Source of the DNA: an uncultured Methanosarcinaceae archaeon | Lineage (GTDB): Archaea; Halobacteriota; Methanosarcinia; Methanosarcinales; Methanosarcinaceae | DNA: 64,000 nucleotides | Assembly: GCA_963847185.1 (NCBI GenBank) | Contig: CAWJYV010000010.1 | Span: 224,001 to 288,000, forward strand | Reading direction: 5' to 3' | Shown here: positions 29,335 through 38,907 of the stretch, piece by piece | How positions within the stretch are numbered: the stretch's first letter is position 1 | Layout of the letters: each line of letters opens with the position of its first letter | Made by a program: the position numbers and the translations under genes | The notes under the pieces: generated by a model | The model's input: the letters and a program-made list of their open reading frames with translations, nothing else | Told to the model about the DNA's origin: nothing | Databases searched by the model: none

Positions 29335-30813
29335 TCATTCCGCATCTATCTGGGCTTTCTGCAGCTTGCCGCTGTAGTCTATATATACGGCTTTTACCTC
29401 CGAAAACTCCTTAACAGCATCTGTCCCGGCTTCTCTGAAACCGTTTCCTGTTCCTTTTACGCCTCCGAAGGGGAGATGAACTTCCGCACCTATAGTAGGA
29501 GCGTTAACGTACGTGATTCCAGCCTCAATTTTTTCAATTGCCTTGAAAGCATTTCCGACATTTCCGGTGTAGATTGCGGAAGAAAGCCCATATTGAGTAT
29601 TGTTGGCAACTTCTATTGCTTCATTAAGGTCTGAAACCGCGATGACACTCAGTACTGGCCCGAAAATTTCTTCCTGAGCAATCCTCATATCCGGCCTGAC
29701 ATCCGTAAATATAGTGGGTTCGAAGAAATAGCCCGGAAGGCCAGGATCTATGGCATTTCCTCCCAAAAGAAGAGTTGCCCCTTCATCTTTTCCTATCTTC
29801 ACATACCGTTCGATTTTTTCAAGCTGAGCTTTATTAATTACAGGGCCTATATCTGTCTCAGGCAAAAGTCCGTTTCCTATCTTGAGAGACTTTGTTTTTG
29901 CAAGCAGCCTTTTTATGAATTCTTCTTTTATTTTTTCATGCAAAATCAACCTGCTTGTGGCCGTACAGCGCTGTCCTGTGGTTCCAAAAGCTCCCCATAG
30001 CACACCTTCAAGAGCCAGTTCAAGGTTGGCATCGTCCATAATAATTACCGGGTTTTTGCCTCCAAGTTCCAGAGAAACACGTTTCATATTCTTTGCGCAT
30101 TCTTCCATTATCCATTTACCTGTTTCAAGGCTGCCTGTAAAGGAAATAGCTTTGATGCGCGGGTGCTGAACTATTGCTTTTCCGGTAACTCCTCCTGGCC
30201 CGGGTAAAACGTTTACGACACCTGGAGGGAGCCCTGCTTCCATAAGGATCTCGACTAGTTTTATGGCAAGAAGGGGTGTGTCGCTTGCAGGTTTAAGAAT
30301 AACTGAATTTCCTGCCACAAGAGCTGGCATAATCTTCCAGCTTGGAATTGCCATAGGAAAATTCCATGGGGTTATCAGGCCCACTACTCCTATAGGCCTT
30401 AACACGGTCATGCAGAATTTTTCCTTAAGTTCGGACGTCGTTGTCTCCCCAAACATTCGCCTCCCTTCCCCTGCGGCGTAATTTGTAATATCTATTGCTT
30501 CCTGCACGTCTCCCCTTGTCTCGAGCAGAACCTTCCCCATCTCTTTTGTCATAAGGATGGCAAGTTCTTCCTTTCTTTCCTGCAAAATCCTGGCAGCCTT
30601 TAGAAGCACTTGAGCCCGTCGAGGAGCAGGAATTTCGCTCCAGACCCTGTACCCTGCCTCTGCAGCTTCAACTGCTCTGTCCACATCTTCGAATCCGGCT
30701 GCCTGTATCGTGGCCAGGTTTTCCAGAGTAGCCGGATTGATGTCATCAAAAACCTTGTCAGTTGACGAGTCTATCAATTCTCCGCCTATAAGCAATTTAT
30801 ACTCAGTAACCAT
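29335..30813 (-). CDS. NAD(P)-dependent aldehyde dehydrogenase
   Basis: ITPWNFP, FTGS, LELGGKNP, GQRCTA and EEIFGP; probable operon with the aminotransferase. Confidence 0.95.
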   Translation of the reverse strand: MVTEYKLLIGGELIDSSTDKVFDDINPATLENLATIQAAGFEDVDRAVEAAEAGYRVWSEIPAPRRAQVLLKAARILQERKEELAILMTKEMGKVLLETRGDVQEAIDITNYAAGEGRRMFGETTTSELKEKFCMTVLRPIGVVGLITPWNFPMAIPSWKIMPALVAGNSVILKPASDTPLLAIKLVEILMEAGLPPGVVNVLPGPGGVTGKAIVQHPRIKAISFTGSLETGKWIMEECAKNMKRVSLELGGKNPVIIMDDANLELALEGVLWGAFGTTGQRCTATSRLILHEKIKEEFIKRLLAKTKSLKIGNGLLPETDIGPVINKAQLEKIERYVKIGKDEGATLLLGGNAIDPGLPGYFFEPTIFTDVRPDMRIAQEEIFGPVLSVIAVSDLNEAIEVANNTQYGLSSAIYTGNVGNAFKAIEKIEAGITYVNAPTIGAEVHLPFGGVKGTGNGFREAGTDAVKEFSEVKAVYIDYSGKLQKAQIDAE

Positions 30814-31110
30814 AAAATCCCCCTAAAAGCATAGCTGCATAAGAAGATAAATATATTCCGTAATTTTTTTTCAGGCAGAATATAGAATACTTTCAGTTTA
30901 GTCATTAAACTCTGTTAATAAACACCAAAAGGAAAGATATAAAATAGAAAAAGCTCGACTTTATTATAAATAAGAGAAATAATAATTACTGAATTTAATA
31001 ATCAATAAGAAAGGCGAGGAGGGGAAGAAGGATAACGCGGAAGCAATCGGAACAAGATAATGGAAAGAAGGCTGGTGCAGGTACAATTGAAATGAGAGGA
31101 GGGAAAAAGG

Positions 31111-31353
31111 ATGATGCGAGTGCAATTAAAAAGAGGGAGTGACGAAAAAGAAGAGGAACCTGAGAGGGGAAGTGACGAAATAAGTGAAAAAATAATAGAT
31201 CAGGCTGAAAGAGAAAGCAATGAAAAGTCTGGAAAGCCAACACAAACTTGTGAGGGAGAGGAACTTCCAGCAAGGGGAAGTGACAGAAAAAAGGATTATA
31301 TCGAAAGGGGAAGTGATAGTAAAGAAGATTTTCCTGGAAGAGGGAGCGGTTGA
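31111..31353 (+). CDS. Small hydrophilic protein with RGSD repeats
   Basis: GAGGAGG SD 8 nt upstream; RGSD-like motif appears six times in frame. Confidence 0.45.
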   Translation: MMRVQLKRGSDEKEEEPERGSDEISEKIIDQAERESNEKSGKPTQTCEGEELPARGSDRKKDYIERGSDSKEDFPGRGSG

Positions 31354-31394
31354 TAAATAGAAAAATCAGGGGTAACAAATAAAAGAATTAAGAA

Positions 31395-31515
31395 GGAGTT
31401 ACGGGGAGAAGAGAGTGGCTAAAAGATAAAGGAGTTGAGAGGAGTCACTGGGAGAAGAGAGTGGCTAAAAGATAAAGGAGTTGAGAGAAGTCACTGGGAG
31501 AAGAGGGAGTGACTC
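31395..31515 (+). repeat. 46-bp tandem repeat, about 2.6 copies, each with an AGTCACT/AGTG(G/A)CT hairpin
   Basis: GGGAGAAGAGAGTGGCTAAAAGATAAAGGAGTTGAGAG(G/A)AGTCACT is repeated. Confidence 0.85.
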
Positions 31516-31655
31516 ATAGACAGAAAAATTACGGAAAAAACTGTAAATAAGGTCAAAAACAGCATCATGGAAAAAGACAATTTTAGATTTAAAATGAGAC
31601 CGGCTCAAATATTATATTGATTCTAAATTCAAACCTTATCTTATAAACAGCTTAG

Positions 31656-31945
31656 AGAAGAAGTGAGAGGTAAAACAGTTTTAGAGAGGGATTTGCCTCT
31701 CACTTCTTTTTGCTTCTGGTTTCAGAACCGAGAAAGAGGAATGGCGAACCTCCTTTCCCGGATCCTTTAAGAAACCTCTCTCGGGCCGAAGACTGAGGAA
31801 TGGCAAAAAACCTCAATCACCTATTCTTCCGTGAGGGGTTCCCTTTCATAGAGGGCTGGGTTGAGGAAATGGCGAACCTCCTTTTCCTTCCTCTATCGTT
31901 TTCGCTAAATGCTACTCATGAACCCCATTCAATATTAGCATTTAG
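31656..31945. ncRNA. Candidate structured sRNA with five hairpins, three capped by GAGG-AAUGGC(G/A)AA-CCUC
   Basis: Motifs at 31736-31752, 31795-31814 and 31863-31880; flanking long stems at 31656-31710 and 31905-31945. Strand unresolved. Confidence 0.6.
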
Positions 31946-32377
31946 AACTACATGTTATAGAACATCTGTCATATATAAAACATAAATGGAAATGATTTTT
32001 CTATTTCTTTGATGTAATAAAAGGCACTCAAAATTTTTAAGTGATTTATCGCCTAGTATACTAAAATTTCCCGCGGACAAAGCCCCAATTATTTTCTTCG
32101 CCCTTGAAATGCCAGCTTCAATTAAAATTAGCCAGCTTTAAAGAAAAGATATTTATATAAGGAAGTTCAAACGAGTGAGGCTATATTTTCTTATCGCTTC
32201 ATCCGTTTAGCTTACATTTCTATATCTTTTATTATCTTTCTAATTCTTTATCCTTTCTATATTCCTCAACAATATAAAAATTTTGCTATTATCCCTTCTC
32301 CTAATGGATACTTATATCTTTATGTGTACTTATGTCTTCATAGCATATTACACTTTCTTTATCCATTTGTGAGCAAT

Positions 32378-32607
32378 GCTGGTGATGGGGACCCTCCAAT
32401 TGAAAACCTCAAGGTATCCTTATCTGTGAATCCTTTTCATGAAGAAGAGAAAGGATATTCTAGAACAGTTGCCGGTATGACAAGTCATGTTCTGCAGAGA
32501 ATTCCTAATACTGGGGATCATTATATTCAGGATACTTCTATGAAGTAGTTGACATAAACGATAATAGAATAGATAAATTTCTAGTCACGAAACTTCCTGA
32601 TAATTGA
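32378..32607 (+). pseudogene. Fragment of the CorC C-terminal domain of a HlyC/CorC transporter
   Basis: LSVNPFHEEEKGYSRTVAGM...LQRIPNTGDH versus LSVDSFPEEEKGYYRTVAGM...LQRIPTTGDH in 7354..8664; frameshift before YEVVD. Confidence 0.85.
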
Positions 32608-32858
32608 ACCCCTTTGAACTCCTGATAACAGAATCCCAGAAGCAGGACAGTAAATTGAAAAAAGGACTGCGTATTTTAACCGAAGGTTAAAGATTTGAAG
32701 ATTTAGACAGAAATGATAAAAATGCCGGTGTATCTAGCCTGTACCCGGCTGGAGTAATCTGGTTTCGGGGCTTATGAGTTAAAAGTTTAAGGGATTTAAG
32801 GGATTTAATCCCCGGAAGACTATTCTTCCTTTTCCCTTGAATATGCGCTTATTTGCGC

Positions 32859-33314
32859 TTATCTGCTGCAGCTTGAGCTTGAACAGCTTGAACACTTATA
32901 ATTAATTATAACCTTTGCTGTAGCGGTTTTTCCGTATTTGTTTGTTACTTTGTAGGTAAAGCTGTCTGTAATGGTACCAGTCTTACAGGAAACCGGATAA
33001 TAACAGAAGTAACCGTTGCTCTTCATAGCTACTTTTGCACCTTTTGCAGTTTTGATGGATCCGGTAGTAGTGACTTTGAGGCCGCATCCTTTGTCATTGG
33101 ATAATACATTACCGCACTTTTTAGAAGGAGTGAATTTGAATGTATCTGCTTTTGCAACAGTCTTGCATGCGCTGCAAGAACTTGAACAGCCACTTGAACA
33201 GCTACTGCACGAACCTGTACTACATGAACTTTTACTGCATGCAGCTGCTCCTGTCATGGACATGACAAAGAAGATTAACGTGAAAATACATAATGTTTTC
33301 ATTATAGTTTTCAT
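32859..33314 (-). CDS. Secreted Cys/Ser-rich protein with a Big_9/cadherin-like Ig domain
   Basis: Signal peptide, CSKSSCSTGSCSSCSSGCSSSCSAC, NVLSND...G.F.Y...TDSFTYKV Ig-like motif, and a CSSCSSSSCSR tail. Confidence 0.8.
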   Translation of the reverse strand: MKTIMKTLCIFTLIFFVMSMTGAAACSKSSCSTGSCSSCSSGCSSSCSACKTVAKADTFKFTPSKKCGNVLSNDKGCGLKVTTTGSIKTAKGAKVAMKSNGYFCYYPVSCKTGTITDSFTYKVTNKYGKTATAKVIINYKCSSCSSSSCSR

Positions 33315-34321
33315 TGTTTACGTCCTCCGTAATATTTCTTAAATCAATTAGATATAAATTTCAATTTTCAATCTTGCTTTTTCTCAAAGTTAATCAGTTT
33401 GATCACAGGCCTATTCGCAATCTTGAAGTCAGTCTGACTTACAAAATTGACGTTTTATAAATCACTTTTTTCTCTCTTGCTTATGTTTATTTGAGAACGC
33501 CTGTAAGCGAGAACAACTGGGAAAATTTAACATATAAACATACTTATTTTTATGACGGTGAATAAAAATCAAAAAGTCCATTTAAAGCTTTATAATACTT
33601 TATTTTTCAACCTGAAAGATGATGCCATTTTAAATAACCTTTAATTGTATCTTTTATCAGTTAAAAAGTGAATGTAAGTCTTTTAAACATGTTTAATCAT
33701 TTAAGATCTTCAGATAGTCTTTTATATTACAGCCTGTCCCCTGGTTGGGGTTATTTCCCCAGACATGGACTTTTAAGCTTCCATATTTTTCTATGGGTAC
33801 ATATTTACATGATTTTAAGGCAAAAAAAGTCTCTTACTGCTTCAAAATCTGTATATTTTGAACCTCAAGTTTTTTTGAGTTCCCGAGTTCAGCACTTATA
33901 CCCCCCTGCCTATCAGCAGGATACCCGCTTTGGAAGATTTTACCTGTATTTTCTATTAAATCATCATCAAGTGCCTTTTCAAGTCGAGTAATACTATTTT
34001 CAATGATGATGAAGGTAAAGATGCCAATCATGTTCCGGTAGTCAAAACTCTTTTCGTTATCTGATAAAGGATCTTGTAAATGGCTCGGATACCAGATAAT
34101 TTTTAAGATTCAGACAATTCTTCAGCGTATATGAAGCTTTTATACACCTCCTGGTTCAGAAAAAATTAAAGGTTCAGAAAATGTTTCCAGGTAAAGATTC
34201 AAACTTCAGAAGCTTCAGTTAGCTCCAAGATATGAAATATTTCCAGGCAGCCTAAATGGATATTACGAAAATGAATCTGGCTGAGGCAGTGTAATAGAAG
34301 AAAAACCAGCCGAATGGACTG

Positions 34322-34378
34322 GAAGAAAAAATAGAAGAAAAAATAGAAGAAAAAATAGAAGAAAAAATAGAAGAAAAA
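34322..34378. repeat. 12-bp tandem repeat (GAAGAAAAAATA), about 4.7 copies
   Basis: Directly visible downstream of the hydrolase gene. Confidence 0.9.
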
Positions 34379-34456
34379 GTGATAATGAGAAAATAAGCCT
34401 GGTCTATGCGGTGACTTCATTTTCTCTTCACCACCTGCCCATTTTCTTTTATCTTT

Positions 34457-35944
34457 TCACTTCTCCTCTCTGGTATGCTCGGAAATCCAGTTTCCTATCA
34501 GCTCCAGAGCATCTGGTGAAATGGTTTCTTCAATCTTTGCATACTCGGAGGGCGATCCTGTCTGAGCAGTCTGGAATAAATGATTGAGCCCTGGCATCTC
34601 TTTTACTGTATAATCTGTGTTTCCTCCTGCTTTCAGAGTTTCCTCAATAGCATTCAGGTTCTCTTCAGGGGAGACCTGGAGATCTTTTTCTCCGTTTATT
34701 GCCAGGACAGGGCATTTCACATTCTTAAGTGTCGGGACCGGATCGTATGTCAGGAAAAAGCGCATCCAAGGCGACAGGAGTGACTGGATTTGAGGATCAA
34801 GGTCAGCTTCTGAGAAATCTGAATATTGTTTTTCATTTTCACTCATATTTGCCAGTTCAGCATTTAGAAACGTTCGAAGTTTTTCCCTGGCAATAGTATC
34901 ATTTTTCTCTTCTTTTACTACGGAGAACAGGTTTTTCATAAGAGCATCATTTCTGACTATTGTCTTGTTATCTGCCCCCTCTGCTCTGAGAATCAACTCA
35001 CTCTGTGACAGAATTATTTCTTCTCCGGTTACACCAGGACCTGCCATCAATACAATAAATGCAATATCTGGAGATTTCACTGCTACAAGCGGGGCGATCA
35101 GACCTCCTTCACTATGTCCGATAAGGCCAATCCGTGAGGAATCTATTTCCTTACGGCTTTGCAGATAATCAACGCCTGCAAGCACATCTCCTGCAAAATC
35201 CTCGGTTGTGGCCTGAGAGAAGTTTGACAAATTCCCTGTTGATCCTCCCGTACCCCGATCGTCGACTCTAAGCACAGCTATACCCTGGCGTGTCAGATAA
35301 TCCGAAAGTACGAGGAACGGACGGTGGCCAAGGATCTCTTCATCTCGATTTTGAGGGCCGGAACCTGTTATGAGTATTACAGCCGGAAAAGGTCCTTCCG
35401 ATTCAGGGAGGGTTAAAGTCCCTGCGAGCTTTATTCCTGCCTCTTTATTTTCATAAACAATTTCTTCTTCAGTATATGGATAAGGTTTTACAGGGTCCTG
35501 CTTTCTGCTCAGATCAGGTGTCTTATCAATACGGGTAAGCACAAGTGGAAAAACTGAACCTAACTGTGTCCATTCCCCTTCAATGTTTTTATCGTCTTCC
35601 TTAAGTTTCCCTTCAAAGACACCTTTTATGGATTTCACGCCAAGGATCAGATTCTCATCTTTATAAGTAACCGTGTCCACGGGTATACCGCTGACTCCCT
35701 GATCAAGGCTGTCCATGGTGGCGTTGACCGAGCCATCGGGTTTGGCGGAAATATTGAACATAAGTCTCAATTCTCCACCTGGTATCTGAAGGCTCCCAAG
35801 CCAGAGACCTTCGATTTCTTCTATATTTTCAATATTTTGATCATTTACAACGTCAATCTGTGAACTGCCCGATTGAGAGATACATCCAGGGCTAGCTACA
35901 GCCACAATCAGTAAGACTACATATATTAAGTTTTTATTATTCAT
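34457..35944 (-). CDS. Alpha/beta-hydrolase lipoprotein (S9/S15-like)
   Basis: ASPGC lipobox-like leader, ITGSGPQNRDE, GHSEGG nucleophile elbow, GEKDLQV and NHLFQ. Confidence 0.9.
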   Translation of the reverse strand: MNNKNLIYVVLLIVAVASPGCISQSGSSQIDVVNDQNIENIEEIEGLWLGSLQIPGGELRLMFNISAKPDGSVNATMDSLDQGVSGIPVDTVTYKDENLILGVKSIKGVFEGKLKEDDKNIEGEWTQLGSVFPLVLTRIDKTPDLSRKQDPVKPYPYTEEEIVYENKEAGIKLAGTLTLPESEGPFPAVILITGSGPQNRDEEILGHRPFLVLSDYLTRQGIAVLRVDDRGTGGSTGNLSNFSQATTEDFAGDVLAGVDYLQSRKEIDSSRIGLIGHSEGGLIAPLVAVKSPDIAFIVLMAGPGVTGEEIILSQSELILRAEGADNKTIVRNDALMKNLFSVVKEEKNDTIAREKLRTFLNAELANMSENEKQYSDFSEADLDPQIQSLLSPWMRFFLTYDPVPTLKNVKCPVLAINGEKDLQVSPEENLNAIEETLKAGGNTDYTVKEMPGLNHLFQTAQTGSPSEYAKIEETISPDALELIGNWISEHTREEK

Positions 35945-36093
35945 ATTAGATCCTTGCCAGTTTGTTATTTTTCATGCCTTCACTTATTTTCATTATTTCC
36001 TTCTAATTATTTTCTTTATCATTATAAATCTCTCGAATTAATTTGATAGGTGTTCCGCCAAATTCTTTAATCTGAAAGCCTTCTACTCGTCCT

Positions 36094-37029
36094 ATGTTTC
36101 AGGTGTTTCAGCTGAAAAAAGATGCCCGTCTGGCAGTGCTGGTTGGCTGTGTACTCTATGGGATGACAGGTATGTTCCTGTCCCTTATCCATGACATGCC
36201 CATCACCTCAATCATTTTTTATAGGTTACTTTTTGGACTTTGCCTGATTTTCTCCTTTCTTCTGGGAATGGACAGGGTGGAAGAGCTAAAACCCGGAAAA
36301 GGGAAAGTTCGCCTTTTCGTACAGGGCATTTTTGTCCTTGTGAATATGTTCTTTTATTTTCTGTGCGTAAAAAAAACATGCTTTTCCATAGCTATCCTGC
36401 TTGAATACACTGCTCCGATCTATGTAATGCTGGCTTCTCCTTTCATTTTGAAAGAAAAGGTAGGAAAAGAGAATATTTCAGCGCTTTTTCTGGCAATTGC
36501 AGGTGTTTATCTGGTTATCCGTCCGGATGGTGGTTTTGAGACTCTGGATTTTTCGGGCGGTCATCTTATAGGGATTGCATCCGGGCTCTTTGCAGGCTTG
36601 ATTCTTGCGATTATTATTATGAACGTGAGGGCCCTGAAGGAAGACCATTCCGAATTTGCCATTGCTTTCTGGAGCACTGCAATCAGTTGCCTTCTTATGA
36701 CGCCTTTTGCTTTTGAGACATCTTTTTCGATCTTAGCAACCAATATGTTTCCTCTTATGGCCTTCGGGGTTGTTTCTGTGGGAATCGGCGGGATTCTGAC
36801 TACAATAGGTTTTGCAAACCTTCAATCTCAATCAGGAAGCCTGCTTGCTCTTATAGAACCTGTTGCAGGTGTTTTCTTTGATCTTGTGTTCCTGGGAGTA
36901 ACCCTCTCAACAGGAACCCTTGCAGGTTGTTTTCTTGTTCTGGTTTCGTCTTTGATTGTTAGCTATGGCAATTCTTCAAAACCTGCATCAAAAAGTAAGG
37001 ATTGTATTGAGAACTTTGAAAACTGTTAA
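36094..37029 (+). CDS. EamA/DMT family transporter
   Basis: 10 TM; LEYTAPIYV and LIEPVAG repeats. Confidence 0.88.
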   Translation: MFQVFQLKKDARLAVLVGCVLYGMTGMFLSLIHDMPITSIIFYRLLFGLCLIFSFLLGMDRVEELKPGKGKVRLFVQGIFVLVNMFFYFLCVKKTCFSIAILLEYTAPIYVMLASPFILKEKVGKENISALFLAIAGVYLVIRPDGGFETLDFSGGHLIGIASGLFAGLILAIIIMNVRALKEDHSEFAIAFWSTAISCLLMTPFAFETSFSILATNMFPLMAFGVVSVGIGGILTTIGFANLQSQSGSLLALIEPVAGVFFDLVFLGVTLSTGTLAGCFLVLVSSLIVSYGNSSKPASKSKDCIENFENC

Positions 37030-37192
37030 AGAAACTCCGCCTAGAATAAGAAAGACCCCTATCCTTTTGGGCTTAGGATAAAGAAAACAAGAGAGAATAT
37101 AAGAAAAATGAAGAAAAATGAAGAAAATTAAAGAAAATTAAAGAGGTTAAAAATATATAAAAAATGACTAAGAGGCCGTAATAGATAAAGCC

Positions 37193-37882
37193 TTATCTCC
37201 TGAGAATCATACTTCTCAGCCTGTCAGCAGAACTTGCTGACTTATCCGCAATGCCTCCTACTCTTTCTACCAGTCCCATAAGGTGGCAGACACCTGCACC
37301 TCCTATAACGTCTTCATATTTGAAGATCTTTTTTAAAAGGGCAGTTTCAATGACATCCACATCATGTTCCAGTTTTTCAACCTGAGGAATGATATCCATG
37401 GTCTCTTTTATCTCTTCCTTGCTGAAAGAGGTTGCAAGGAGCTTGTAAATCTCACCTGCAAGCTCATCATACTTCCTTGTGGCCTTCAGGGAAGTTCCCA
37501 TCAGTTCCAGAAAACCAGTTTTTACTTCTTCAGGTACGTTTTTACAGGGCCGAAGGGTCATCCAGTAAGCTGAAGCCTGGGCAAAATCGGCAATCGAATC
37601 CTGCTGTTTAAGAAAAGAAAGCAGGTCCTTCTTATCTACTGGCAGTTTTACTGAGGAGGGTATGCCTGCCCTTATCTTCTGTTTGAGTTTGTCAGCGTCA
37701 TGTTCCAGTTCGTCAATCTCATTTGTTCTTTCTTCAAGAAGAGCCTGATTTCCTGAGCAGTAGGCGTCCATTGCTTCAGCCAGTTTTTCAACTGCAAGGA
37801 CTCCCTTTTTAGCATGTGCCTCCAGTGGGACAAAGGGAGATTCGGTAACTACGTCAAGGACGGAACGAATGTAGTCTTTCAT
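37193..37882 (-). CDS. DUF47/TIGR00153 phosphate transport regulator
   Basis: LEHDADKLK...LPVDK.D...QDSIAD; overlaps the pit stop. Confidence 0.9.
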   Translation of the reverse strand: MKDYIRSVLDVVTESPFVPLEAHAKKGVLAVEKLAEAMDAYCSGNQALLEERTNEIDELEHDADKLKQKIRAGIPSSVKLPVDKKDLLSFLKQQDSIADFAQASAYWMTLRPCKNVPEEVKTGFLELMGTSLKATRKYDELAGEIYKLLATSFSKEEIKETMDIIPQVEKLEHDVDVIETALLKKIFKYEDVIGGAGVCHLMGLVERVGGIADKSASSADRLRSMILRR

Positions 37883-38907
37883 AAAAAGATCACCTCAAGC
37901 CCCACAAAGATCAGTGCCGATGTAAGGGCAGCTATAGGAACTGTTGCTATCCAGGAAGATATAATCCTCCAGATCACACGCAGGTCGACAGCTGCAATCC
38001 CACCTGCAAGTCCGACACCTATAACCGAACCAACAAGTGTATGGGTAGTCGAAATAGGAAGGGAACTGTAGCTGTGGAGCAGAACAACTGAGGCTGTTGC
38101 AAACTCAGCAGAAAAACCACGTGTCGGTGTAAGTTCTGTGATTTTTGAACCAATAGTTTCAACCACTTTATAACCCCAGGTTGCCATCCCTATTACCATG
38201 CCAAGACCTCCCAATACAAGTATCGATATGGGTACCTGGTCTCCCAGTACACCCATAACTTTAAGTGCGGCAGCGAGAGGACCAACGGCGTTTGCCACAT
38301 CGTTTGACCCGTGTGCAAATGCCATGTAACAGGCAGTTATGAGCTGTAGAGATATGAATTTTTTCTCAACCAATGGCATGTCACTAGCCCTATGAAGGAA
38401 TATTTTTCTTATTATAGAGAAAGTAACATAAGCAAAAACAGCCCCAAGAGCCGGAGATATAAACCAGCTGGCAACAATTCTTGAAAGTTCTCCCCAGTGG
38501 ATGTCAGAATAAGAGATAGTTCCGTTATAAGCCACAATCAGCCCAAAGCCGAGTACTGAACCAACGATAGAATGGCTGGTTGAGACGGGAAGATTATAAA
38601 AAGTCGTAAGGGTTACCCAGAATCCTGCTGCAAGAATTGCAGCCAGCATCCCAAGCGCTACAATATCCGGATGGATATTTCCTATTTTATCAATGGGAAC
38701 GATTCCTTTTGCAATTGTAGAGGTAACTCGTCCTCCAAAGAACACGGCACCTAGAAATTCAAAGACGGCAGCAATGACAATTACCTTTTTTATTGACAAA
38801 GCTCCTGTTCCTACTGAAGTTCCCATAGCATTTGCGAGGTCATTTGCCCCTATGTTCCAGGCCATATAAAGGCCCGCTAAAATTAGCGCTATGACAAGTA
38901 AGTCCAT
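37879..38907 (-). CDS. pit: PiT family inorganic phosphate transporter
   Basis: GANDLANAMGT, PVSTSHSIVG, HGSNDVAN and PISTTH. Confidence 0.93.
   Translation of the reverse strand: MDLLVIALILAGLYMAWNIGANDLANAMGTSVGTGALSIKKVIVIAAVFEFLGAVFFGGRVTSTIAKGIVPIDKIGNIHPDIVALGMLAAILAAGFWVTLTTFYNLPVSTSHSIVGSVLGFGLIVAYNGTISYSDIHWGELSRIVASWFISPALGAVFAYVTFSIIRKIFLHRASDMPLVEKKFISLQLITACYMAFAHGSNDVANAVGPLAAALKVMGVLGDQVPISILVLGGLGMVIGMATWGYKVVETIGSKITELTPTRGFSAEFATASVVLLHSYSSLPISTTHTLVGSVIGVGLAGGIAAVDLRVIWRIISSWIATVPIAALTSALIFVGLEVIFL

Noticed and set aside
30995-31378. 127-aa Phe/Leu-rich minus-strand ORF
   Set aside because: A by-product of the purine skew of the opposite strand; no recognisable domain.
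31800-31985. 61-aa ORF within the hairpin region
   Set aside because: The ATG is only 1 nt from GAGG and lies inside a repeated hairpin tip; RNA structure explains the sequence better.
33700-34090. Possible degraded membrane-protein gene (33834..34031)
   Set aside because: Coding-like, but I cannot assign a family or boundaries.
34199-34420. ORF with FFYF repeats
   Set aside because: Translation of the 12-bp tandem repeat.
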